The notes beneath the pieces are model-generated. The model made no database searches. It was not told the origin of the DNA and saw nothing but the letters and a program-made list of their open reading frames with translations. Positions 16,961 to 27,923 of a stretch of DNA of 64,000 nt are shown here, in pieces; the stretch's first letter is position 1; every line of letters starts with the position of its first letter. The DNA is from Myxococcota bacterium (GTDB lineage: Bacteria; Myxococcota_A; UBA796; SXON01): NCBI GenBank assembly GCA_040386535.1, contig JAZKFH010000023.1, positions 79,873 through 143,872 on the forward strand, in the 5' to 3' direction. The position numbers were made by a program, and so were the translations under genes.

Positions 16961-17079
16961 TCTTTGGATTCACGTTTCGCCTACCTCTGCCGAGGGAGAC
17001 GGAGCGGTTGGCTTCCTGCCAGATGATGAGTCACCCGATTCGCCGAGGGGTTCGGAGAGTCAAGCACCACTCACGGCAA

Positions 17080-17108
17080 ACAGTAGCGCGCAGTCGAACG
17101 AACGGCAA
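17080..17108 (-). promoter_or_regulatory. sigma70-type promoter for the basic HTH protein
   Basis: Minus strand TTGCCG, N17, TACTGT, about 120 nt upstream of the ATG. Confidence 0.5.
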
Positions 17109-17135
17109 CGGATCTGGTGCGATCTCGATCGAAAT

Positions 17136-18629
17136 TCATTCCCAGCTAAGCCGATAGTCTCGGAACTGGAACGACGTCGCGCCCGGTACGACCGTGTGGC
17201 GCCCCTGCGTGACCGGTCTCGCGTTGATCTCCGCGTTGTCCGACCGGATCTCTGCGGTGATGCGCGTGTTCCAGAGGGGGCGCTCGGCGCGTAGGACCAA
17301 CAGCGCGTCCTCGCGACGACCTAGGCCGAGGGTGCCGTCGGGTAGGACCACGAGGTGTGCCTCGCCGAGGTGTTCGATCGCCAATGCCTGACGAGGACCG
17401 CCGGCGCGCCGATAGCTGAAGCTGCCGCCTAGCCGCGCGGGGGTGAGCCGGCCGCGGAGGGCGAAGACGACGGCCGCCGTGAGGACCAGGACGCTTGCGC
17501 CCATCCCGAGGCTCTGCGTCGGGGAGAGCCCGTAGTGCCGCTCGGCACGCACGGTCACCTTTGCTTCGAGGGCAGTCCGCTCGGCCGCGATGCCCATCGT
17601 CCGCAGCGCATCGGGGGGAGAGAGCGTGCCGTCGACCCGGAGGGTGATGGGGATGTCGATCGTGTCGGTGCGGGGGACCAACGAGAACGGGGGCTTCGGG
17701 ATGTCGACCGTGAAGGGAACGCGCCCGTCGGGGGCGAGGTTCAACGTCTGAAGCTCGGTGCGCGCCCCTTCGAGGCTGATCCGGGTCGCCGCGAAGCCGA
17801 GATGGCGCAGCCCGGAGCCCAGCGAAAGGGTTCCCGTGGGCGTGTCGATGGTCGGCTGCCGCTCCACTGTCGCCACCAGGGCGAGCCGCGCCGCGTCCGC
17901 CCGGGCGAGGGGGCGCAGCCGCGCGGTCGCGAGTCGCTGGCGCACGCTGTCGATCCACGGCGCGAAGGGCTCTGCCGCCACCTCGACCGCCGCGCTGGGC
18001 TCGAAGAACGCCTTGACCTCCTCGACGCCGGACGTGTGCACCGGCTCGGCGAGCGCTCCGACGGGGAACACGGTCACGTCGACGGTGGCGTGGTCGCCAC
18101 TGGCGTCGAACGCGGCGTCGAACTTCTCGAAACCACGGATGCTGCGACACCCGAAGCCGCCGTCCGCGTAGATGGACTCCAGCGGAGGCGCGTGGCAGAG
18201 GTTGCCGACGACGAGCACGAGCCGCGAGGTGTCCGCCCCGGCCGCCGCGAGGCTCTGCGCAATGGCGGTCAGGCCCGCGCCGAGGTCGGTGCTCTTCGCC
18301 GAGGGGAACTCGAGCGCCCGGATCTCGGCGGCGAGGGCCGCCCGCCCCGCCTCGTCCACCGTGCGCACCGAGAGCGCCGGGCTCGATCGGGTGTGCACGA
18401 CCAGGATCTCGATGCGATCGCCCGGGGGGAGCGACTCGACGAGGCGCGCGACGGGCTCACGGGCGGCGTTTGCGACCGGCCGCATGGCGCCGGCTGTCTG
18501 GAGCACGACCGTCCATGTGACGGGGGTGCCCTCGAGCGCGGCGACCGTGGGGAGCACCGGTGGTGCAACGGCCGGATCCGCCGCGAGGGCGGCGGGAGCG
18601 GCGAGGGAGAGGAGGAGGGGAAGAAGCAT
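17136..18629 (-). CDS. Exported vWA-like protein with TM helix and cytoplasmic FHA-like beta domain
   Basis: Signal peptide; WTVVLQTAGAM...PGDRIEIL...STDLGAGL...LVLVVGN vWA topology; TM near residue 390; beta-rich tail. Confidence 0.6.
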   Translation of the reverse strand: MLLPLLLSLAAPAALAADPAVAPPVLPTVAALEGTPVTWTVVLQTAGAMRPVANAAREPVARLVESLPPGDRIEILVVHTRSSPALSVRTVDEAGRAALAAEIRALEFPSAKSTDLGAGLTAIAQSLAAAGADTSRLVLVVGNLCHAPPLESIYADGGFGCRSIRGFEKFDAAFDASGDHATVDVTVFPVGALAEPVHTSGVEEVKAFFEPSAAVEVAAEPFAPWIDSVRQRLATARLRPLARADAARLALVATVERQPTIDTPTGTLSLGSGLRHLGFAATRISLEGARTELQTLNLAPDGRVPFTVDIPKPPFSLVPRTDTIDIPITLRVDGTLSPPDALRTMGIAAERTALEAKVTVRAERHYGLSPTQSLGMGASVLVLTAAVVFALRGRLTPARLGGSFSYRRAGGPRQALAIEHLGEAHLVVLPDGTLGLGRREDALLVLRAERPLWNTRITAEIRSDNAEINARPVTQGRHTVVPGATSFQFRDYRLSWE

Positions 18630-18951
18630 GCCGTCGGCGCGGAACCTTAGTGCCACGGTGCACCTGCCGCAACCCGCCGCCCTCGGGCGCGAAGTCGGCA
18701 CGTGCCGACAGCACGTTCGGCAGTGCGCGGCGAGCGGCTCGGCGGGATTCCCTAATGGGCGGGGAACCTCGATCCTCGAGTCGTCACCGCACGGGCGACG
18801 AACGGTCCTGCTCCCGAGCGCCGTGCCGCACGCGATCCTCTCGCGGGGCTTTCTCCCCGTCGCGTGTGGCGCGAGCACGTCCGTACCGGGGCGGCTCGCG
18901 GACCGCTCCGAGGACGCCCCGCCCACAGCAGGGCGCGCCCAGCGCGAGCGC

Positions 18952-19671
18952 CTAGAGGACCTTCTTGATCGCCTTGACGATCTTGGGCGAGAGCTTCGCC
19001 CAGTCGGCCGTGTCTTCCTTGGTGACGGTGACGAAGTCCTTCACCGCGAACACGCCCTTCACGCCGCCGCACGCCCAGAGGGCCTTGCCGAGCGGGTGCT
19101 TCTCGGCGTCTTCCGCCGAGTTGAAGGAGAGGGAGCCCTTCTCCACGACCGTGGTCGTGGTCGTGAACTTGCGGGCGTTGGGGTTCGGCGTGTCTTCCGC
19201 GACGACGTCCACGGGCTTCTTCGCCACCTTCTTCTCAGCGGGCTCCGCGGCTTCCGCGGGCTCGATCGCCAACGCGGCTTGCGTGGAAGCCGAAGCGGCT
19301 ACCATCGGCTCGGCGCGACCGTGGTCGTGCGAATGCCCGTGGTCGTGCCCGTGGTCCTCGGCGGGGGGCGCCTTCGGTGCCGGGGCGGCGGCCTTCGGTG
19401 CGGCTGCGGCGACCGGAGCCGGCGCGGCCTTGGGGGCGGGCGCGGCGGGCTTCGGGGCAGGCGCGGGGGCCTCGGCCCGCTCGCCACCGTGATCGTGGGA
19501 ATGGCCGTGGGAGTGACCGTGGTCGTGCCCTCCGCCTTCGTCTTCCTCCGCCTCGGGGGCGGGCGGGCGCGGCGCGGGCGGTTGGCGCGGCGGCGTGGGT
19601 CGGGCGGCGGGCGGCGGGGTCTTGCGGCCGAGCAATTGGCCGAGCAGCTTCTTCAAGGTCGAGCGGATCAT
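18952..19671 (-). CDS. NifU/Nfu N-terminal scaffold-domain protein with His-rich, Pro/Ala-rich N-terminal arm
   Basis: EDTPNPNARKF, HPLGKALW...GVKGVFAVKDFVTVTK...W; GHDHGHSHGHSHDHG and DHGHDHGHSHDHG tracts. Confidence 0.8.
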   Translation of the reverse strand: MIRSTLKKLLGQLLGRKTPPPAARPTPPRQPPAPRPPAPEAEEDEGGGHDHGHSHGHSHDHGGERAEAPAPAPKPAAPAPKAAPAPVAAAAPKAAAPAPKAPPAEDHGHDHGHSHDHGRAEPMVAASASTQAALAIEPAEAAEPAEKKVAKKPVDVVAEDTPNPNARKFTTTTTVVEKGSLSFNSAEDAEKHPLGKALWACGGVKGVFAVKDFVTVTKEDTADWAKLSPKIVKAIKKVL

Positions 19672-19777
19672 GTTCGGCTCCGGGCGCGCGAACTAACCGA
19701 CCCGGATGCGGTTGCACCGGAATTCGCTGGCGCGATCGCGTCGGACGGGCTCTCTTGTGCCCCAGGAGACCGACCCC

Positions 19778-20989
19778 ATGCTCGTCCTGTTGCTCATTGC
19801 CTGTGTTTCGAAGGACGACTCCGCGGCCGGCGGTCCCACCTACTACCGGGACGTGCGCCCGATCCTCGACAACAGCTGCGCGCGTTGCCACACCGACCGG
19901 GGGCTCTCCACCTCGTTCGACGACCCTGCGAGTGTTCAGGCCCTCGCGACGTCCATCCAGGCGCGCACCCAGGCTGGCACGATGCCGCCGCCCGCCCCGG
20001 ATCCGAGCTGCGCCGACTACGACGGATCCGACGCGTTGTTCTTGTCGGACGCTGACAAGCAGCTGCTCTCCGACTGGGCGGACGCGGGGGCCCCCCTCGG
20101 CGATCCCGACACCGCGCCCCCCGCCGGCCCGCCGCTGACGACGGCGCCGTTCGACGTCGAGCTGCGCGGCAGCGCCCCGTACCAGCCCACGTTCGACGAG
20201 ACGGGCAACGACTATCGCTGCTTCGTCCTCGATGTCGGCAACACCGACGTCGCCTACGTCACCGGCTTCGAGGCGCTTGTCGACAACCCGCGGATCGTGC
20301 ACCACGTCGTGTTGTGGTCCGTGGCAGCGACCACCACGCTGCCCGAGGAGAGCAGCAGCGAGGCCGGCTTTGCGTGTGACGGCTTCGGCGAGAGCGGCTG
20401 GGACTTCTTCGCGGGCTGGGCGCCGGGCGGCCGGCCCTTCCTGTTCGACGAGGGGCAGGGCATGGCGATGCGGGCGAGCTCGCGTCTCGTGCTGCAGATG
20501 CACTACTACGAGAGCTTCGACGGCGCCGCGGCCGAGGTCGACCAGAGCGGCTACGGGCTGCACCTCGCGGAGAGCGTCGACACCCGGATCTTCGCGCTGC
20601 CGCTCGGCGTCGAGGACTTCGAGATCCCGGCGGGAGAGTACGCCGAGGAGGAGATGTTCGTGCCCTGGCAGGACGATTGGGGCACCGTCACCGTCGTGGG
20701 CGTCTTCCCGCACATGCACATGCTCGGCACCGGCTTCGACTTCAACGTGCGCCATGCGGACGGCTCGAACACGTGTGTCGTGGAGCTGAACGACTGGGAC
20801 TTCCACAACCAGCAGGCCGTCCGCCTGAACGAGCCGGTCCTCATCCAGGGTGGCGACACGGTCACGGTCAACTGCCGCTACGACAACAGCGCGTCCAACC
20901 CGAACCAGCCCTCGGATCCGCCGCAGGACGTGGTGTTCGGCGAGGGGACCGGCGACGAGATGTGCTACGGCTTCACCTACGGGTATTAG
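19778..20989 (+). CDS. Lipoprotein copper type II (ascorbate-dependent-like) monooxygenase with c-type heme motif
   Basis: LIAC lipobox, CARCH...MPP, IVHHV, QMHY, PHMH and DEMC copper ligands. Confidence 0.82.
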   Translation: MLVLLLIACVSKDDSAAGGPTYYRDVRPILDNSCARCHTDRGLSTSFDDPASVQALATSIQARTQAGTMPPPAPDPSCADYDGSDALFLSDADKQLLSDWADAGAPLGDPDTAPPAGPPLTTAPFDVELRGSAPYQPTFDETGNDYRCFVLDVGNTDVAYVTGFEALVDNPRIVHHVVLWSVAATTTLPEESSSEAGFACDGFGESGWDFFAGWAPGGRPFLFDEGQGMAMRASSRLVLQMHYYESFDGAAAEVDQSGYGLHLAESVDTRIFALPLGVEDFEIPAGEYAEEEMFVPWQDDWGTVTVVGVFPHMHMLGTGFDFNVRHADGSNTCVVELNDWDFHNQQAVRLNEPVLIQGGDTVTVNCRYDNSASNPNQPSDPPQDVVFGEGTGDEMCYGFTYGY

Positions 20990-21117
20990 GGGTAAGCCTT
21001 CGGATTCACAGGAGAAGGGGCCCCCTCGGTCACGGAAGAGAGTGAGAGGGCCCCCTGGTTGCAAGGAAAGGTGCCCCCCCGGCACCGCGCGCGGAGGGGC
21101 TCCCGAGAACTGGTGGG

Positions 21118-21627
21118 TTAGCGGGTCGTCCCCTCGACGAGCGCGTCGCCGCTCCACGTGATGCGGAACTCGGCGCGGCGATTGGCTGCCCAGACGGACT
21201 CGCCCTGGCCGCTCGACAGGGGGCGCTCCTCGCCGTACGACACGGTCGCGATCTGGCTCGTGCCGACACCGCCCGTCACGAGCCAGGCGCGCACGACCGC
21301 CGCGCGCTTGTCTCCGAGCGCGAGGTTGTAGTCGGTGGTGCCGCGCTCGTCCGCGTGCCCCTGCACCTCGACCTTGACCGCTGGGTTCGCGGTCAGGATC
21401 GCCGCGTTCTCGCTCAGCGCCGCCTTCGACACGGTGTCGAGCGTGGCGGAGTCGTAGGCGAACTGGACGCGGGCGAAGTTCTGCGCGACGCGGGCCACCA
21501 CGGGCGGCGGCGCCTCCTTCGCGGGGTCGCTGGGCTCGGGGGTGTAGGCGGCGTCCAGCGAGGCGGGCGGGGCCTTCTTGCACGCCGGGGTGAGCAGGAC
21601 GAGGGCGACGAGGGCGAAGATGCGCAC
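21118..21627 (-). CDS. pal: Pal/OmpA-family peptidoglycan-associated lipoprotein
   Basis: LTPAC lipobox, FAYDS, QGHADERGTTDYNLALGDKRA, SYGEERP, NRRAEF. Confidence 0.88.
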   Translation of the reverse strand: MRIFALVALVLLTPACKKAPPASLDAAYTPEPSDPAKEAPPPVVARVAQNFARVQFAYDSATLDTVSKAALSENAAILTANPAVKVEVQGHADERGTTDYNLALGDKRAAVVRAWLVTGGVGTSQIATVSYGEERPLSSGQGESVWAANRRAEFRITWSGDALVEGTTR

Positions 21628-21643
21628 GGGGACTCCGGGGAGA

Positions 21644-22054
21644 TCAGTTGGGTCGGGGGAGCAGCAGCTGGCGGGCGACACGGCAGAGCTCTTCGAGCTC
21701 GAAGGGCTTCTCCAGCACCAGGGCGGCGCCGAGGCGTCGCGCGCGGGCGTGGGTCGGCGCGTCGCCGAACGCGGTGATGACGATGACGGGGAGCCAGGCG
21801 TCGGCCCCGCGGAGGGCCGCCACCACGTCGAGCCCGGAGCGCCCCGGCATGCGCACGTCGGTGATGAGCAGATCGGGGAGCGGCGCAGAGGTCGGACGGT
21901 GGACGGAGTGCGCCACCCGGCGGAGCAGCGCGTCGCCCGTGGCCGCGGTCTCCACGAGGTAGCCGCGGCGCTCCAGCGCCTCCTCGAGGAGCGCGCGCAT
22001 GGCGTCGTCATCTTCGGCGACGAGCACGCGGGGGGCGCGGGGGGCGAGGTGCAT
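21644..22054 (-). CDS. Single-domain response regulator
   Basis: VLVAEDD, PDLLITDVRMPG, ITAFG, EKPF. Confidence 0.9.
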   Translation of the reverse strand: MHLAPRAPRVLVAEDDDAMRALLEEALERRGYLVETAATGDALLRRVAHSVHRPTSAPLPDLLITDVRMPGRSGLDVVAALRGADAWLPVIVITAFGDAPTHARARRLGAALVLEKPFELEELCRVARQLLLPRPN

Positions 22055-22066
22055 GGCCCGAAGGAG

Positions 22067-22082
22067 AGCAAGGCGCGTGCCA
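22067..22082 (-). promoter_or_regulatory. sigma54 (-24/-12) promoter for RR-pal
   Basis: Minus strand TGGCACGCGCCTTGCT matches the TGGCACG-N4-TTGCW consensus exactly. Confidence 0.85.
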
Positions 22083-22148
22083 CACCGGGTGAACGGCGTG
22101 CCGGCAAAAAAGAACGGTAGAACCGGCTTCGTCGTAACGAGGGCCGGC

Positions 22149-22184
22149 GAGGCAGAACGCCCCACGGGGCAAAATGCCCCGTGG
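22149..22184. promoter_or_regulatory. Putative enhancer (UAS): tandem palindromic sites
   Basis: CCACGGGGCA-AAA-TGCCCCGTGG (22162-22184) plus imperfect GAGGCA-GAA-CGCCCC (22149-22163), about 70-100 bp upstream of the sigma54 promoter. Confidence 0.55.
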
Positions 22185-22189
22185 CACCC

Positions 22190-23565
<1,376 letters not shown>

Positions 23566-23566
<1 letters not shown>

Positions 23567-25017
23567 CAGGCCTCGCTGTCCTGGAGGAACACGCGGAAGC
23601 GCGCTCCTGCGTCGGGTCGGTTCTCCACGTCTATCCATCCGCCGTGTTCGGCCACGATGCCCCAGGCCACGGAGAGGCCGAGGCCGGTACCTTCGCCCAC
23701 CTCCTTGGTGGTGAAGAAGGGGTCGAACACCCGGGAGAGGTGCTCCGGGGCGATGCCGCGGCCGTGGTCGGCCACCGAGACCCCGACCCAGGCGCGCGGG
23801 GCGCCCCCGAGGTGCGGCGCGCGGTGCTCGTGGAAGAAGGAGACGGTGACCGTGCCGCCGTCCGGCATCGCCTGAATTGCGTTCAGGACGAGGTTGGTCA
23901 GGACCTGCTGGAGCTGGACGGGGTCCGCGTTGGCGCGGGCGCGGGCGGGCGTGGGCTCTACGATCAGCGTCACGCCCTGTTTGCGGGCGAATGGGGACAG
24001 CAGGAGGCAGACCCGCTCGATGGCCTGCGGCAGGTCGAGCGTCGCGGCCTCGGGCGAGCGGCGGCGGGCGAAGTCGAGGAGCTGCCGCACGATGTGGGTG
24101 ATGCGCTCGCTCTGCTCGGCCACGATGCGCGCGTTGACCCGCGCCTCGGCGCCCTCCACCTCGCCGTTCGCCACCATCTTGGCGCGCTGGGTGATGACGT
24201 TCAGCGGCGTGCCCAGCTCGTGTGCCAGGCCCGAGGAGAGCTGCCCGACCGTCGCGAGCCGCTCGCCGTGGCGGAGCTGCTCCAGGGCCGCGATGCGGGC
24301 CGCCGCCTCGGTGTCCGCGCGCGTTCGCGCGTCCGCGAGCCGTGCCGCCATGAGATCCATCTCCTGGGCCAGCTCGCCGAACTCGTCGTCCTGGTGCAGC
24401 TCGAGCGGTTGGGAGAAGTCCCCCGCGCCGACCCGACGGGCCTTCTCGACCAGCAGCCGCATGGGCCGCCCGACGAACCGGATGCCCAGGTACAGCGTGA
24501 GCGCGCCGGCTACGAGCGCCATGCCGGCTGTCGTGAGGAGTACCCGTTTGACGCTGCTGCGGACGTAGTTGCGTTCGGCCTGGAACGACTCGGTGAACTC
24601 GAGCGCGCCGCGCCACTCGCCGCGCACCTCGAGCGGCACGTAGGTGTGGAGCGCCCCTACGCCTGTCCGGTCCGCCCACGAGATCGCCTCGCCGCGCGCC
24701 ACGGGCTCGAGCACTTCCGGCGGAGCGGCCGGCTTGTCGGCCGGCGCCGCGGACGCCCCCAGATCGACCCACCGGATCATCATCTGGCTCTCGTTGCGGT
24801 TGGTCTGCTCGACCACCGCCAACGCCCGCTCCACACCTTCGCCCTCCCACAACAGGACGGTGGCGGGCGCGAGCCCACGGCCCATCACCGCGTGGTCTCG
24901 TCGCATGTCGGCTTCGAACGACTGGATCTCGGCGTTCATGCGGTGGATCGCGTTGAGGACGTAGATGACGCAGATGCCGAGCCACAAGGCGAGCGCGAGC
25001 TTGCGGGCAAAACGCAT
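23566..25017 (-). CDS. HAMP sensor histidine kinase
   Basis: Two TMs, HAMP, AHELGTPL, NLVLNA, DHGRG, FDPFFTTK, GTGLGL. Confidence 0.95.
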
Positions 25018-25020
25018 GGG

Positions 25021-26217
25021 TCAGACCGCGACCGCGGCCGCCGACGCCACGCGGCGCGCCACCGCGACGAGAAAGAACGGGACCAGCAGCGAGATCCCGA
25101 TGGACACGAGCGCGACGGTCTCGATGTTGCCGAGGGAACCGTCGGGATTCGCCACGAGGAGCTCCGCGGACAGGAACGCGCCCATCGCGGATGCGATGTG
25201 TTGCACGGCCGATTGGATCGACAGGAAGCGGGCCCGCTCGTGGGGGAGGGGAACCTTGCTCACGAGCGTGTTGTAGGCGACGTTGCGCCCCGACATTCCG
25301 AGCATGAACCCGATGAACAGCACCAGGATCGGCACGCGCGGATCGTACGCCAGGAACCAGAACACGATCAGCCCGATCAGCCAGAGGGTCGCGGCGACGC
25401 CGACCTTCACCGAGCCCTCGCGGTCGACCCAGCCCCCGAACGCCCGGAGGCCGACGAAGCTGAACAGCCCGCCGAACAGGTAGAGGGTGCCGAGCCCATC
25501 GCGCGGGTAGCCGAGGTTGCCCTGAATGAACGCGGAGAAGTTCGGAATCAGGATGAACCCCGACATCATCACGCTGGCCGTGAGGAGGTAGGACCAGCGC
25601 ACCACCGGCCGCGCGAGGAGCTCGAGCACGCCCGGGTGGGTCCGTGCCGCCGCGAGGTGGCCGCGCATGGGCGGAAGCAACCAGATGGCGCCAGCCGCGA
25701 TGATCAGGCCGAGGCCCGCGACCGCGAAGAACGGGGCCCGCCAGCCCAGCAGCCGCGCTAGCTCCAGGCCCATCGGGACGCCGAGCACCGAGGCCGCGGA
25801 GAACGCGCCCATCACCGCGCCCAGCGCCTTGCCGCGCCGCTCCGCCGGGATGACGTCGGTGACGATGGACATCGCCAGCGCGGTGGCCGGACCGCCGAAG
25901 AAGCCCGCGAGGACGCGCGCCGCCAGGAGCGTGTACAGCCCGGTCGCGAAGCCGCCGGCGGCGGTGCCGATGACGAGGCCGGTCATCGCGACGGCGAGCG
26001 CCTTGCGACGGTCGAACCGGTCCAGCACCGCGGCCCCGAGCAGCCCCGCGACCGCCGCCGAAGCCGTGTACGCCCCGCCGACCGCGCCGATGGCCGAGAC
26101 CGGGATGCCGAGCGCGATCGCGAAGTCCGGCCCGAGCGGCATCACCATCATGAAGTCGAGGATGTTGACGAACTGGACGGCGCCGACGAGGAAGATGATC
26201 GTGCGTTCGGAGCGCAC
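25021..26217 (-). CDS. MFS transporter (DHA1-like)
   Basis: About 12 hydrophobic segments, DRFDRRK motif A, ERRGKALG. Confidence 0.9.
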   Translation of the reverse strand: MRSERTIIFLVGAVQFVNILDFMMVMPLGPDFAIALGIPVSAIGAVGGAYTASAAVAGLLGAAVLDRFDRRKALAVAMTGLVIGTAAGGFATGLYTLLAARVLAGFFGGPATALAMSIVTDVIPAERRGKALGAVMGAFSAASVLGVPMGLELARLLGWRAPFFAVAGLGLIIAAGAIWLLPPMRGHLAAARTHPGVLELLARPVVRWSYLLTASVMMSGFILIPNFSAFIQGNLGYPRDGLGTLYLFGGLFSFVGLRAFGGWVDREGSVKVGVAATLWLIGLIVFWFLAYDPRVPILVLFIGFMLGMSGRNVAYNTLVSKVPLPHERARFLSIQSAVQHIASAMGAFLSAELLVANPDGSLGNIETVALVSIGISLLVPFFLVAVARRVASAAAVAV

Positions 26218-26220
26218 CGA

Positions 26221-27168
26221 TCAGCCGCGCATCAGGACGGCCAGGGTCTCGACGTGGTCCGTGCCCGGGAACATGTCGTAGGGCTGGAGCCGCTCGACGC
26301 GGTATCCGGCGCCGACCACGCCGCGCAGGTCACGGGCCAGGCTGACCGCGTCGCACGAGAGGTAGACGATCGCGCGTGGCTTCGTGACGGCGAGCTTCTG
26401 GAGGAGCCCCGGCGCTCCGGCGCGCGGCGGATCGAGCACTGCCACGTCGAAGAAGCGGTGGCCGGGCACCCAGCGCCCGGCGTCCTGGATGAGGACCTCG
26501 GCGGACGGGAGGTTGTAGGAAGCGTCGGCAGCGGACGACCGCTCGTTCTCCACCAGCGTGGCGGGCACACCGCGTCCGACCGCGCGCGCGGAGAGGTTTC
26601 CCACCCCGGCATACAGGTCGAGGAGCCGCGCGGGGGCGAGGTCCTGGAGGATCTGATCGACGTCGGTGACGATGCGCTCGTTCACCTCCAGGTTCACCTG
26701 GTAGAACGACGCGGGCGACACGGAGAGGCCCATCACGCGAAGCCGAGGGTGCCCCGAGAGCACCTTGCCCTTGCTCCACACGTTCCCCTCGACGGGCGCG
26801 GGCGTGTCCAGCACGAGGGTGACCTTGACGCCGTCGCTCCGCACCTCGACCTCGCCGGTCTTCAGCTGGCCGCGCAAGGCCGTGGCCGCCTCGACGACCT
26901 CGGGGCGCGCGAGCTCGTCGAGGGGCACCTCCACGAAGGTGTGGCTGCCGGGCAGGTTGAAGCCGAGCGCGCCGCCGGGCCCGACGCGGAGCTTCACCCG
27001 CGCCCGCGACGCCACCTCGCGGGGCGACCGCACGATGGGACGCACGTCGGCCGCGATGTGGCCGCGCCGCATCGTGTCGCGCACGCTCTCCTCCCGACGC
27101 GCGAGCTGCTCGTCGTAGGGGAGGTCGGCCAGGGGCAGGATTCCAGCGGCGGCGAGGGGGGACGGCAT
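26221..27168 (-). CDS. RNA (uracil-5)-methyltransferase, RlmD/TrmA family, short form
   Basis: SFYQVN, LDLYAGVG, LDPPRAG, YLSCD, DMFPGTDHVE. Confidence 0.88.
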   Translation of the reverse strand: MPSPLAAAGILPLADLPYDEQLARREESVRDTMRRGHIAADVRPIVRSPREVASRARVKLRVGPGGALGFNLPGSHTFVEVPLDELARPEVVEAATALRGQLKTGEVEVRSDGVKVTLVLDTPAPVEGNVWSKGKVLSGHPRLRVMGLSVSPASFYQVNLEVNERIVTDVDQILQDLAPARLLDLYAGVGNLSARAVGRGVPATLVENERSSAADASYNLPSAEVLIQDAGRWVPGHRFFDVAVLDPPRAGAPGLLQKLAVTKPRAIVYLSCDAVSLARDLRGVVGAGYRVERLQPYDMFPGTDHVETLAVLMRG

Positions 27169-27389
27169 CGGCCGGGCTAACACGCGGCTCCGTCGTGCCG
27201 GGCGAGGCCGGGGGCGCCCCCCGCGGATAGATTGGGGCGTGTTGTCGCGCTTCGCCTCCCTTCGACTCTTCCTGCTCGCGCCCGGCGAGTGGTCCGCGCG
27301 TCACTATGCGCGCAAGAACCGAATGGATCTGGTGGCGCTCCGTCCGAGCGAATGGCGGATGGCAAGCGCAGGCAACCAGCGGGGGGGAG

Positions 27390-27923
27390 ATGAAGAGCTT
27401 CAAGAAAGCGCAGGGGATGACGGTGGCGACGATCGCGGAAGGCGCGCTCGTGGGAAAGCTCGATGACTTCCAGTTCGACCTGGAGACGGGCGCGATCTAC
27501 GGCTGTCGCCTGAAGCAGGGCGTGTTCTCGAAGAGCGGCGGCGTACCCGCGAGCGCCGTGGTGCGCCTCGGTCGAGACCTCATCTACGTGACCGCCGAGG
27601 CCGCCATCGAGTGGACCGGCGCCGCGCGCGGGCAGGTGGAGGGGCGCGCCTGGGCCTCCGACTACAAGGGGACCAAGGTCATGTCTCGCCGCGGCGCCGG
27701 ACTCGGCTCGGTCGAGGACTTCATTCTCGCGCTCGAGCCTCCCCGGGTGACAGCCCTGATGCTCGACGGCGGCCGAGTCGCCTTGTTCGACGACCGCGTG
27801 GCGGCCGGTCGAGACGCGGTCATCCTCTCCGATCCCGCGGTCGCCGTGTCCCGCCCCGAGGGAGATGAGGAGACCGGCGACTGGTGGAGTCGGATGCGGG
27901 GGATGTTCGATTCGGAGAAGTGA
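27390..27923 (+). CDS. Tandem PRC-barrel domain protein
   Basis: GMTVATIAEGALVGKLDDFQFD and GTKVMSRRGAGLGSVEDF repeats, GRD motifs, GGAG RBS. Confidence 0.75.
   Translation: MKSFKKAQGMTVATIAEGALVGKLDDFQFDLETGAIYGCRLKQGVFSKSGGVPASAVVRLGRDLIYVTAEAAIEWTGAARGQVEGRAWASDYKGTKVMSRRGAGLGSVEDFILALEPPRVTALMLDGGRVALFDDRVAAGRDAVILSDPAVAVSRPEGDEETGDWWSRMRGMFDSEK

Noticed and set aside
16961..17075. Known riboswitch in the leader of the basic protein
   Set aside because: I could not match the conserved cores of c-di-GMP, SAM, TPP or cobalamin riboswitches by eye. An Infernal/Rfam scan would settle it.
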